NCBI RefSeq assembly: GCF_006345805.1
Contig: NC_043014.1
Span: forward strand, 14,632,001-14,696,000
Length of the DNA stretch: 64,000 nucleotides
Source of the DNA: Octopus sinensis
Lineage: Eukaryota
Direction: 5' to 3'
Below, piece after piece: positions 1 through 11,495 of the stretch (positions are counted from its first letter, which is position 1; each line of letters starts with the position of its first letter). The notes beneath the pieces were generated by a model. It ran no database searches. It saw nothing but the letters and a program-made list of their open reading frames with translations, and was not told the origin of the DNA. Both the position numbers and the translations under genes were made by a program.

Positions 1-147
1 TGTTGGCCTAAGACCTCTTCAAAATATGGAGGGGAAAAGCCTTGTTACGAAGGTAAATACTAGGGGATTATCTCCCTTTGCCATTGGCTATCAACTTCCG
101 GCTGTGCTGCCATCTGACGGGCTCCTATCTCCCTTTGCCTTTGGTTA

Positions 148-492
148 TCAACTTCTGGCTGCGCCTCCATCTTGCAGTTTCCAAAAAGCTAGCAGGTATT
201 TCCTAAAATGTAAACATGGCCTGAAAATCTCTGTTCTGAAGTTAAGGATGGACCCAGGTTCGAGTGAATCATTTAAAATTCTCATGCAATCGGCTATGCA
301 TAACTTGTTGATGTAGGGGCCTGGGTTCTGAAGGATTTCCCATGAGATTGAGTATGGGATCCTATTGTCTTTTAGTTGCCAGACATGACAGGACAGTGAT
401 GTTACATATCTCCTTTCCGGAACTCTGAAGGAGGACCTATGGCTGGAGAGATGTTGCTTGAGAGAATTTTTGGCACATCCAGTGTATTTCCT
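148..492 (-). mobile_element. Penelope-like element fragment: C-terminal GIY-YIG endonuclease region, degenerate
   Basis: KYTG...LKQHLSSHRSSF...TSLSCHVWQLK...ISWEIL...PY...LC...LNFRTEIFRPCLHFRKYLL follows the PLE endonuclease pattern YIG...FK.R..NH..SF...LS.HIW.LK...LN.R.E...C.H. Confidence 0.75.
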
Positions 493-499
493 TGGGTGC

Positions 500-835
500 A
501 CGTTAGTGGCACAGCACCTATTGTTGTTGTTGCTGCTGTTGTTGTCACTGATATTGTTGTTTTGGGGGCTGGGGCTGCTGGTGTTGGCATCGGTGGAGGT
601 GGAGTTGGTAATGTGATCGCCATTGTGTGTGTTGTCAGTGCCACACCTGTTGTTGCTGTTGTTGTTGTTGTTGTGGCTGCTGCTGTTGCTGATATTGTTG
701 TTGTTGGAGCTGGAGCAGCTGGTATTAGCAATGCTGGAGGTGGTGGTGGTGTCAGTAATGCTATTGCCCCTGCCAGTTATGGAGAAGGCACTGTTGTTTT
801 TAATATTGTTGTTGATAATTTATTATTATTGTGGT
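500..835. repeat. Degenerate (GTT/GCT/GGT)n trinucleotide low-complexity tract
   Basis: Visible triplet repeats with an internal imperfect duplication. Confidence 0.85.
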
Positions 836-855
836 CTTTGCAATAATATATATAG

Positions 856-888
<33 letters not shown>

Positions 889-1362
889 TGTTTTTTTTGT
901 GTGTGTATATATACATATATGTATGTATATTTCGGTCAAGCGTTCTGTATCTAGTTCTGGAAATTATGTTTGTAAATGACAGGCTATGCTGATGATCTTG
1001 CAGATGTTCGTGTGTACATATACATGAATATTAACAAGTGAAACTATCGTTTTTTATTTCATATATTTTCATTTGTCTTGCTTATTTTTTACACTTTGGT
1101 TTTTGCTGAGTTTTTTCTTGAGAACACATTCTTCGTGGAAAATAGCGATTTTGACATCTATATCTAGCATATTGACTGTCCTCCACTTTTAGTGGTCAGT
1201 CCTTTAAATTTTGTATATATATATATATATATATATAATTAATATTAGGTACAAATAACAGAGTGACTCAAAGTCCAAGGGTTTTGTGCATTAGTGCTTA
1301 CGAAACTAATTACAAATCAAGTGGTCATAAATTTATATACCAGTGATACTGGTGTTTCCCTG

Positions 1363-1402
<40 letters not shown>

Positions 1403-1507
1403 TGCACACATGCATGCACGCACACACATACACAGCTCTTAAGTAAAACACTTCATGTCACATTGTTCTGCAAGCACTTCAACACCAGATGCATGGTACA
1501 TTATGAC

Positions 1508-1542
<35 letters not shown>

Positions 1543-1893
1543 CATCATTATTATTATCATTATTATTGTTATTACACTGATGCAAGGTGGCAAGCTGGCC
1601 AAATCATTAGGATGCTGAGCAAAATGCTTAGAGGTATTTCATCTGTCTTTACAATCCAAGTTCAAATCTTGCCGAGGTCAACTTTCATCGTTTCAGGGCT
1701 GATAAAATAAGTACAAGTTGAGTACTGGGGTTGATGCAATCAACCTCTCCTACCTCTGAAATTGCTGGCCTAGTGCCAAAATTTGAAAGTATTATTACAC
1801 TGACGCATTTCATGCAGCACTGTGCAATATATATAAGATTTTGAGATCGAAGATTATTTTGTATAATCAATAATTTTTAATTTAAGAACATCT

Positions 1894-2580
1894 GTGTCTG
1901 TCTGTCTATCTGCCTCTATGTATGTATGTATGTATGTATGTATGTATGTATGTATGTGTGTATGTATGTGTGTACGTATATATGTATGTATTTATGTATG
2001 TATGTATGTGTGTGTGTATGTATATGTAGTATGTATGTATGTATGTATGTATGTATGTATGTACGTATGTGTGTATGTATGTATGTGTGTATGTATGTAT
2101 GTATGTGTGTGTATGTATGTGTGTATGTGTGTATGTATGTATGTGTGTATGTATGTATGTATGTGTGTATGTATGTATGTATGTATGTATGTATGTATGT
2201 GTGTATGTGTGTATGTATGTATGTGTGTATGTATGTATGTAGTTATGTATGTATGTATGTATGTATGTATGTGTGTGTGTGTATGTATTTATGTATGTAT
2301 GTATGTATGTGTGTGTATGTATGTATGTATGTGTGTATGTGTGTATGTATATATGTATTTGTGCATGTATGTGTATGTATATATGTGTTTGTGTATGTAA
2401 GTACATATAAATGTGTATATGAATGTGCGTGTGTATGCATGCGTATATGTATGTCTGTACATATGTGTATATATATGCATGTATATATGCATGTGTGTAT
2501 ATATGTATATATGTGTGTTTGTAGGTATGTATGCATGTATGTAACTACATATGTATGTATGTATACCTGCATATATGTGG
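1894..2580. repeat. (ATGT)n/(GT)n compound microsatellite
   Basis: Direct reading; source of the spurious MYVC/HTYI ORFs. Confidence 0.97.
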
Positions 2581-2863
2581 CATTTATTGGGTAGTCAGAT
2601 AAATTCATTTGGTCTTCATTTTCCTCCATTTATTTTAATCCTTTTCCAATGTTCTTTGAATATGCATGAAAAATATTTTTACCAAACCATTTTATGAGTT
2701 CAGTTTGTTTTTTGTTACTGTATTTGTCCTCCACAAATTTTGTTTATCAGTTTTGAAATTTGAATAAATTTGAGCTCTTTTTCAGACATAATGATAGAAT
2801 GCCAAGTACAAAAAAAATAATGAACTAATTTATCTGACAACATAATATATATATATATATATA

Positions 2864-3251
2864 TCTTTATATATAAAAGTGAAGTTGTGCGTCTGTCTCC
2901 TACGATTTAGATTCCTAACTACTCCCACATTTTGCGGTGCAGTTTACCAAAACCGGGTATCAAAGAGTGATTCATATCGAGCCCTTCTGGGTATTAGTGC
3001 GCATCTATGATGAGTCTACGATTTAAAAAAAATTTACCATAATTTTTTTCCATTTTATGCATTTTTCGCTATTATATAAGGGTAGTAACTCTCTAAAAAT
3101 GTCTACAATGAGTCAACGATTAAAAAAAATTTACCATAATTTTTTTCCATTTTTAATGCATTTTTTTGCTATTTTTTGGCTATAACTCTCTAAAAATGCT
3201 TATATAGTTATTTCCCTTACAAACCCGAGCAACGCTGGGCGCTACGGCTAG
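2864..3251 (+). mobile_element. Non-autonomous Helitron-like element; related diverged copy at ~3381-3763
   Basis: 5' TC, 3' GC-rich hairpin (CCCGAGCAACGCTGGG) then CTAG, inserted between A and T; homologous copies at 5053-5367 and 37740-38128. Confidence 0.75.
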
Positions 3252-3760
3252 TATATATATATAGATATTATATTATATATATATATACACACACACACAC
3301 ACTGCTATAACTAACCATGTCTGTCTGTCTGTCTATCTACATATGTATATATATATTATATATATATATATATATAATATATTGTATAAGCTGAAGTTGT
3401 CTGTGTATGGCAGGTTGTTAGCCTTCAACTAACACTATCTCCTCTGAGACTCTGTAGCGCAAAGTGGACCAAAATTGAGAGTATGATAGATGAAGGCTTG
3501 CTCTTCCTTCCGTAGGAGAAAAAACTCAAATCGGACCATGTTAAGACCAAAAATTAATTATATCAAAAAGGTGCTTCTTTCCTATGAAAATCCTTATTTT
3601 TACGATTTTTTTTACTGCTGTGTTGCCATTTTTCAGTGTATTTCAACCAGAAAATGTTCACTTAAAGAGAATAACAAGCTACATAATACAAAATTTTTAC
3701 TTTTCAAAAATTCCAATTGTAAAGGGTTGAAACAAACCCGAGCAATGCCGGGTGATACTG

Positions 3761-3800
<40 letters not shown>

Positions 3801-3924
3801 CACATATAAACCCTGCCAAAACAGGCAGTGAAGCCTGGTGCAATCTTCTGCCTAGCCAGCTCCTGTCAAACCATTCATGGAAAGCAGGCATCAAATGATG
3901 ATGATGATGACAATGATGACATCT

Positions 3925-4177
3925 TTTATACTTTTACTTGCTTCAGTCATTTGATTGCAGCCATGCTGGAGTACCACCTTAAAATGTTTTTTAAGTTAAA
4001 GAAACTGACCCCAGGACTTATTCTTCATAAGCCTAGTACTTATTCTATCGGTTGCTTTTGCCAAATTGTTAAGTTATGGGGACATAAACACACCAACATT
4101 GGTAGTCAAATTATGGTAGCGGGCAAACACAGACACACACATAAATATATACATACATATACATATCTATCTATCGA

Positions 4178-4265
<88 letters not shown>

Positions 4266-4398
4266 GCTTTTTTCAGTTTCCATCAACCAAATCCACTCAC
4301 AAGGCTTTGGTCAGCCCAAGGCTATAGTAGAAGACACTTGCCCAAAGTGCCATGCAGTAGGGCTGAACCTGGAATCATGTGGTTGGGAAGCAAGTTTC
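3925..4398 (-). mobile_element. tRNA-derived SINE family A
   Basis: Reverse complement of the copy at 24414-24810. Confidence 0.85.
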
Positions 4399-4590
4399 TT
4401 ACCACACAGCCACGCTTACATATATCATAACATGAAAATGCATATAAATATAAAACAATACTTTCCTATATACACACATACATACATACATACAAACACA
4501 CACTACTACACCAAATAAAATATACATGTATCCATCACACTGAAGCTGGGACATTTGGGACATTGAGTAAAAGTAGTTTGCCTCACTTAC

Positions 4591-4805
4591 CTGGCTTTCA
4601 TCAATGGTCAGGTTCTGTTCTTCACACACCTCGCGGAATGCCTGAGCGACATTCTCAAATTGAATGTCCTTGAAGCTAACCCCTGGGAATATGTCTTGCA
4701 CCAGACTGTCAAACACGCTGCTGTCAGAGAAGGTGAGCTTCGACAGAGTGTTGAATCTCAGCGCCTGCACCACTAACATTGATTCGACTGTTTCATCGAT
4801 GGTTA
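4591..4805 (-). CDS. DYNC2H1: Dynein-2 heavy chain exon 12 (VTIDETVESMLVVQALRFNTLSKLTF...DESQ); gene continues beyond position 1
   Basis: TAG acceptor, GTAAGT donor; 215 nt, phase 1/0. Confidence 0.94.
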
Positions 4806-5052
4806 CTAAAAGATGGATATTATACCGAAGAGAAAAAAAATTTGAAAGGAAAAAAAAGAAAGAAGGAAAACATATTGGAGTTCAGTTTTGCATCAGTTTC
4901 ATATTAGAAATAGCATTAAAAAAAAAAATCAATAAAAATCAATATTGGTTGAATAATAATAATGATGATGATGATGATGATTGAAAATTATTTAAGAATC
5001 ATCCCTGGCTTACCATCCATGCAGGAAGTGTAAAAGATTGTCTTATCTGGTA

Positions 5053-5367
5053 CTAGCAGTATCGCCCGGCGTTGCTCGGGTTTGTAAGGGAAATAACTAT
5101 ATAAGCATTTTTAGAGAGTTATAGCCAAAAAATAGCAAAAAAATGCATTAAAAATGGAAAACAAATGATGGTAAATTTTTTTAGAGAGTTACTTCCCTTA
5201 TATAATCATAGACTCATCATAGACGCGCGCTAATACCCAGAAGGGCTCGATATGAATCACGACTATAAGATACCCAGTTTTGGTTAAACTGCATCGCAAA
5301 ATGTGGGAGTAGTTAGGAATCTAAATCGTAGGAGACAGACACACAACTTCTCTTTTATATATAAAGA
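5053..5367 (-). mobile_element. Non-autonomous Helitron-like element, same family
   Basis: Reverse complement of 2864-3251 with TC and hairpin+CTAG ends. Confidence 0.75.
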
Positions 5368-6782
5368 TGTCACACATACTGAGAAGAGCATTGTCGGTGT
5401 GAATTTTCTTTCATTTTTGTCCCTTCTATTTTCTTTGTTTATATTTTTTCATTTTATAAATTTTTTCCTTTTTCTCTGTCTTTCTTCCCCTTTTTCTCTG
5501 TCACATGACTATGTAAATGAACAATCTGGTGTGTTTATTTTAATGAACTACTAATGTATACAGTGCGTTTCTCTGCCCTAGGTGTCAGGAAGACAATTGG
5601 CAAGAAATGGAAACAGAATTGAAAGAAGATGATAATGAAAATAATAATAATAATAATAATGATAATAATAATAAAAATAATAATAATAATAATCCTTTCT
5701 AGTAAAGGTACAAGGCCTGAAATTTAGTAGGAGGGGACTAGTTGATTACAATGACCCCAGTGTTTCCCTGGTACTTAATTTATCTACCCTGAAAGGATGA
5801 AAGCCAAAGTTGACCTCAGCAGAATTTGAATTCAGAATGTAGTGATGGACAAAATACTGGGAAACATTTTGTCCGATGTGCTAACAATTCTGCCAGCTCA
5901 CTGCCTTAATAATAATAACAATAACAATAATAATAATGATAATAATAATAATAATAATAATAATAATATAATAATAATAATAATAATAATAATCATAATA
6001 ATAATAATAATAATAATAATAGGATTAATGTCATAACATACACAGCATGTACAAACACACATGCACACATATATACATATAATCATAATTGTTTTTATGT
6101 TCACTTTTCCATGGGTCATGTGCCATTTGCTGAGGCAGATTTTTCTAAGCTCAGATGCTCTTCCTGTTATTGACCTTCACCTGTTTTCAAATATGGTAAT
6201 ATTTCCTCATGACCAGACATGTTTTTATGGAAGATTGCAAGGCAGTGACACTTGTTTACAGCTATCAGCTGAAGTGAATACAAGGATACTAACACACACA
6301 CACACACGTCCATGCATGCAAATACACATATATACATATGACAGACATCTTTCTGTTTCTCTTTACCAAATCCACTTCCAAGAATTTGGTTGGCTCAGGA
6401 CTATACTAGAAGACAGTTGTCCAAGGTGAAACACAGTAGAACTGAATCCCAAACCATGCGGTTGGGTGCAAGCACTAACCAACCAAACTGCTAACTCAGC
6501 ATGCAATAAAAACACACCTGTTCTGGAATCCAGCATCAACTGGTAGCCTTAGTCTCTATGATTGCAGGTGCCCTACAATTCACCTGGAGTAAAGCTAATT
6601 GTCAAATTATCTCCTATGTTTTCATTGATTCTTCTAGTGTAACAATATTAGAAACTGTGACTTGTCAGAAATGAGGATTCTGTCATAAAAAACAATCCCA
6701 TTAACTTCCTATAGGTGGCTGGTTAAACCTGTAGGGTGCAAACTGAAACATACATTAACTAGGAGTGGCTGTCATAGGTGTA

Positions 6783-6951
6783 GAAGTGGCTGTGTGGTAA
6801 GTAGCTTGCTTACCAACCACATGGTTCCAGGTTCAGTTCCACTGCGTGGCACCTTGGGCAAGTGTCTTCTACTATAGCCTTGGGCCGACTAAAACCTTGT
6901 GAGTGGATTTGGTAGATGGAAACTGAAAGAAGCCCGTCGTATGTATGTATA

Positions 6952-6993
<42 letters not shown>

Positions 6994-7206
6994 CATATGT
7001 GTGTGTATGTTTGTGTGTCTGTGTTTGTCCCCACAACATAGCTTGACAACCACATGTTTATGTCCCTGTAACTTAGCGGTTTGGCAAAAGAGACCGATAG
7101 AATAAGTACTAGGCTTACAAAGAATAAGTCCTGGGGTCGATTTGCTCAACTAAAGGTGGTGCTCCAACATGGCCACAGTCAAATGACTGAAACAAGTAAA
7201 AGAGTA
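6783..7206 (+). mobile_element. tRNA-derived SINE family A
   Basis: A box TGGCTGTGTGG, B box GGTTCAGTTCC, CORE-like CCTTGGGCAAGT, internal (TA)n/(TG)n, AGTAAAAGAGT tail. Confidence 0.85.
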
Positions 7207-7215
7207 ACCTTTTAA

Positions 7216-7433
7216 CCCTTTTGTTACAGTATTTATCTTGAGGTCCTCTGGATTTCTTTCAATTAATTTTAAATATAACAGAGAATTTAGTGAAATAACC
7301 TAGTTATTATTCACTTAGTGTTAGGAACATAAATTGTGACTAAGGTTTGGTGGAAGATTTTAATTCAAAACTTATGAAAATAAATTTGTACTCAGAGCCA
7401 GAGCTGGTTTCAGCTGGGTTGGTAACAAAACAG
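7216..7433. mobile_element. TTAA-flanked (piggyBac-type) MITE family 1; copies at 31414-31634, 36005-36225 and 47806-48304 (interrupted)
   Basis: TTAA on both sides, CCCTTT...AAAGGG termini in the better copies, shared ~220-bp body. Confidence 0.8.
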
Positions 7434-7963
7434 TTAAATCAGTGTTTCTCAACCATATCTTACCTATGAACCTTTTTGATTCCTATTCTACTTGGATCGA
7501 CCCTCCTAGCAATTCATCATCATCATCATTTAGTGTCTGCTTTCCGTGCTGGCATGGGTTAGACTGTTCGACTGAAATTGCTAAGCTGGAGAGCTGCAAG
7601 AGGTTCCAATCTGATTTGGCATGGTTTCTAGAGCTGGATGCCCCTTCCTAACGACAACCACTCCAAGAGAGTAATGGGTGCTTTTTTCGTGCCACCAGCA
7701 CAGGTGCCAGTTATATGACACCGGAATTGGCCACAACTATGCTTTCACTTGATGAGTTTTCTCAAGCATGGCATATCACCAAAGGTCTTGGACACTTATC
7801 ATTGCCTCCATGAAGCCCCACATTTGAAGGGTGCTTCTTATGTGCCATTGGCATGGGTGCCTGTTATGTGACACCCAATTTTTAAAAAAAATCCTATTAT
7901 ATTTTTATAATGAAGTATTATTAGGAATTGTATAAAAATAATTATTAAAATAATTTCTGTATT

Positions 7964-8259
7964 ACAGTTCTATATTTAAGAGATGAGGAATTATGTACAT
8001 TATTTACACATGCCATAGTGGTTAAGAGCACAGGCTACTAACCCCCAGATTCCAAGTTTGATTCCAAGCAGTGACCTGAACAATAATAATAATAATAATA
8101 ATAACAACATCGAAAAATACCATAGGAATGAGAACCCAGGTTCAAAATTTCCTCAAGACACCTGAAGAAGGCTGGAGGGTATATCAGCTGAAACGCTGTG
8201 TTAAAAAAAAACAAGATGAGGACAAATATATGTCAAATGTAAATAATGTAAATAATGTA
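7964..8259 (+). mobile_element. Short retroposon: inverted tail copy + tRNA-like head + hammerhead-like motif + (TGTAAATAA)n tail
   Basis: 12-bp TSD AATTTCTGTATT at 7952-7963 and 8260-8271; A/B-box-like motifs at 8012-8056; CTGAAGA-stem-GAAAC at 8162-8194. Confidence 0.7.
8157..8202 (+). ncRNA. Hammerhead ribozyme-like motif with an altered cleavage triplet
   Basis: GACAC CUGAAGA A GGCUGG..UCAGCU GAAA C GCU GUGUU. Confidence 0.6.
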
Positions 8260-8489
8260 AATTTCTGTATTGTAGAAATATATTGGGAATAATATTTATT
8301 GGAAATAAATTTTAACAGCAAAGGGCCATATGAATCTTGACGGGCCATATGAACCCTGAAGGGCCATATGAACCCTGAAGGGCTATATGAAACCTGGTTG
8401 AGTAGCACTGTTTTAAATTAACAAGCACAATCAAATGAATCCAATAAATTCAGAGTATCTCGAGAAAAGAAAACTGATTATCTACATAC

Positions 8490-8593
8490 CATCTTCGTCT
8501 CTGGCTTTCTGCAAAAGACTGGCACAACCTCGAAGAACAGTTTTCATGGCTCTCAGTCCCCAGTCATAGTGCTGCTGTGGTGTTAGCAATTGT
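8490..8593 (-). CDS. DYNC2H1: Dynein-2 heavy chain exon 11 (KQLLTPQQHYDWGLRAMKTVLRG...); absent from the ORF track
   Basis: Translated by hand; AAG acceptor after a poly-T tract, GTATGT donor; 104 nt, phase 2/1; HYDWGLRA motif. Confidence 0.95.
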
Positions 8594-9321
8594 CTTGAAA
8601 AAAAACCAAAAACAACAGAGTTCAAATTTGTGTTCTGGTAGTAATTAAAGAATTGAACAGTTAACAGGTCAAATGGTTAACCAATTGACTTATAAATATA
8701 GGGAAGTGAAACAGAACCAGTGCATGTATCTATTGACATAATGACCCTCCTGAGATACAACGAAATATGTTTCAACACATAAATTCACATCAAGAATCTT
8801 ATAGACCAAAAAAAAAAAAAACCACTAAAAGAATACTTTGTTATTTGCAATGGAAACAGTATCGGTACTGAAAAGCAATCTATATATCTGATTTAACCCT
8901 TTTCCATTCACAGTATTCTGTCAAAAGTAACGCTTATTCATTCGCATATTTTTAATTAATTTTGCATTACTTCGTAGATTTGGGATTTGATGAGGTAGCT
9001 GTTAATCTTTTAGAATGATATTGTAGAGTTTATGCAAGAAACCAGATCTAGCCAGTTTGAACATAAAACAGGTAGAATATTTTGGACAGATATGGTTGGT
9101 TTAAATGCTAAAGAATTAAGATGGGTATACTAAAAAGTAAGTCACAATACATCTTGAGAAGGTACCACATATAAGATGTATAGTGCTAAAAAACACAGAA
9201 GCATCAGTAACAGGTGAAAAATATTCAGTGCTTTTTAGTACTACACGTCTGTATGAGATGCTTTTTCCAGACAAATACTGCAGTATTGTAGCTTTTCTTT
9301 AGTATTTAAAAAAAATATTTA

Positions 9322-9623
9322 TGAGCCCTTTCCAAGCCTAGCCAGGCACATGGGCCTGGTTTCCCGGTTTCTGTGGTTATGTGTTCCCCCCAGCTGGACG
9401 GGATGCCAGTCCATCGCAGCGATACTCAAGAAACAGGAAGAGAGAGTGAGAGAAAGTTGAGGCGAAAGAGTACAACAGGGGTCGCCACTAGCCCCTGCTG
9501 GAGCCTTTTGGAGCTTTAGGTGTTTTCACTCAATAAACACACACAACACCCGGTCTGGGAATTGAAACCGCGATCCTCCGACCGCGAATCCGCTGCCCTA
9601 AGCACTGGGCCATTGCGCCTCCA
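9322..9623 (-). mobile_element. tRNA-derived SINE family B; second copy at ~18905-19218; related heads near 10387, 10936, 16270-16470, 52775-52940
   Basis: Minus-strand head TGGAGGCGCAATGGCCCAGTG...GGTTTCAATTCCC (A/B boxes) and shared body GCGATGGACTGGCATCCCGTCCAG. Confidence 0.8.
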
Positions 9624-10124
9624 CTTCCTTTAGTATATCCACATTAAATGATATACATAGAAAAAAAAATTAGAAATATATTAAAGTGAACTTCATAATT
9701 CTATGGTTTTACAACCATTTATCAACTGTGATGGCAGAGGAGTTGTGGCAATGGCCTGAGCAGAGAAGCTTCAAGATGACTTATGTTCAGGTGTCTGTGA
9801 CTGAAGGCAACTCACACTATATTTCTTCATGGATCTTAGCTAGCAGTTAAAAAGGACAGCTGCACTTATAATCTCTTTCCTAAATACACAGGGTTGGGCT
9901 ATGGGTGAGCATGCTGCTGTAGGAAAAAACCTCAAGCTACAAAAAAAGTTTGAAGTGCAAAATCATTGCAGCAGGTGGTGCAACAATCACAACCAATCCT
10001 GCTCGAGCACTTTGCATCATGCATTGCCCTTGTCCAATGCAGGAACACCAAAGTGTAAATTCAAGTAAATTATGGACATCCCGAGCCCTATTTTTATAAC
10101 CGACTATCAGATCCATAGATACTA

Positions 10125-10349
10125 TTGGGTTGTCTGGAAAGTTTGTGCCGATTTATAGTAGCTTACTTTTTGACTTACCCTCCCAGGCACCTCAATTCTG
10201 GGAAGAGGGTATTTTCAAGCTAACGGAAAGATGGAGACGCATTGTACAACAAAATGGTTCATATTTGGTTGATTAAAAATGTAATGGCAAGTATTTATTG
10301 ACCTTTTTCTTTCCCTTAAAAATCAGCACGAACATTCTGGACAACCCAA
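10125..10349 (+). mobile_element. Mariner deletion derivative (MITE-sized)
   Basis: TA TSD, TIR TTGGGTTGTC(C/T)GGAAAG; retains the transposase C-terminal codons. Confidence 0.9.
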
Positions 10350-11024
10350 TAATTTCCATGCAATCTGCTTCTTTTCTATAACTTATGGAGGTGAATGGCT
10401 TAGTGGTTAGGGTGTTACACTCATGATTGTAAAATTGTAGCTTTGATTTCTGAATGGGGCAATGCGCTGTGTTCTTGGGCAAAACACTTCATTTCACACC
10501 ACCCCAGTCCACTCATCATCATCATCATCGTTTAATGTCCATTTTCCATGCTAGCATGGGTTGGACAGTTTGACCGGGGTCTGGGAAGCCAGGAGGCTGC
10601 ACCAGGCTCCAGTCTGATCTGGCAGTGTTTCGACAGCTGGATGCCCTTCCTAACGCCAACCATTCCATGAGTGTAGTGGGTGATTTTTACATGCCACCAG
10701 CACAGGTGCCAGGGGAGGCTGGCAATGGCCACGATCGGTTGATGCTTTTTACGTGCCACCAGTACTCAGCTGAATAAAAATGAGTAAACCTGCAATGGAC
10801 CAGTGTGTTGTCCAGAGAGGAATATATACACCAGAGAAACCAGGAAACTGACCCTATGCCCCTTATGAAGTGATGTGGACCCATCAGATCCATAAATACG
10901 GATTTCTATGTAATCTGGTCGCTTCCTAAAATTTATGGAGATGCATGGCTTAGTGGTTAGGATGTTGGACACATGATTGTAAGATTGTGGTTTCAATACC
11001 TGAACAAGGTGATGCAGTGTGTTC

Positions 11025-11027
11025 TTT

Positions 11028-11059
<32 letters not shown>

Positions 11060-11495
11060 AGCATTCACCCAGGTTGAGCTGGCTTCATTCATCCTCAATG
11101 CTGCATCTCTCACAAGCGCCAACCAGGCCTGGCAATTTGAGGCTAATGACCACGTGATCTCCAACCACTCCCTATTCCAGTGGTGAACGCCACAGACATG
11201 GGGGCCTAGGTTGGGTTCCTGATCAGCCTTGACTGTCATCAGCCAGGTTTTTCATTGTCCACCACATCGTTTTCACCAACCCTGAAGGGGAGCTGGGGCA
11301 ATTGCTTCGTAGGTGAATTCTCCTGGTTGACAACGGAGCACATGACCCAGCCAATGCAGACGTCTCATTAGAATGACTTGTCGGAGGGAGGTGATTTTGC
11401 ACTGGTGTCGCACCGAATTGTTGGAGACAAAGTGATGCCATCGGACACGAAGGATGTGGCATAGACAGAGGTGATTGAAGGATTCTAGTTGCATT
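11025..11495 (-). mobile_element. RTE-type LINE 3' fragment with (AAG)n tail
   Basis: LESFNHLCLCHILRVRW...RRLHWLGHVLR motif typical of the RTE ORF C-terminus. Confidence 0.75.

Larger units (their letters stand above)
7440..8410. mobile_element. hAT-type MITE carrying two nested insertions
   Basis: TIRs CAGTGTTTCTCAACC / GGTTGAGTAGCACTG; the 8-bp TSD TTTTAAAT is restored after removing the TTAA MITE on the left. Confidence 0.8.

Noticed and set aside
402-979. Mucin-like or hydrophobic ORFs, also at 28418-28891
   Set aside because: Trinucleotide low-complexity DNA with no splice or homology support.
1894-2629. Long ORFs (MYVC/HTYI repeats), also at 11223-12341 and 63121-63432
   Set aside because: Translations of microsatellites that lack stop codons.
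1-4590. Next dynein exon (AAA2 P-loop)
   Set aside because: No matching peptide was found on the minus strand; it presumably lies outside the window.
9550-9623. Possible tRNA genes here and at 8011, 24414, 59367
   Set aside because: A/B boxes are present but the cloverleaves are incomplete and each continues into a repeat body, so they are SINE heads.
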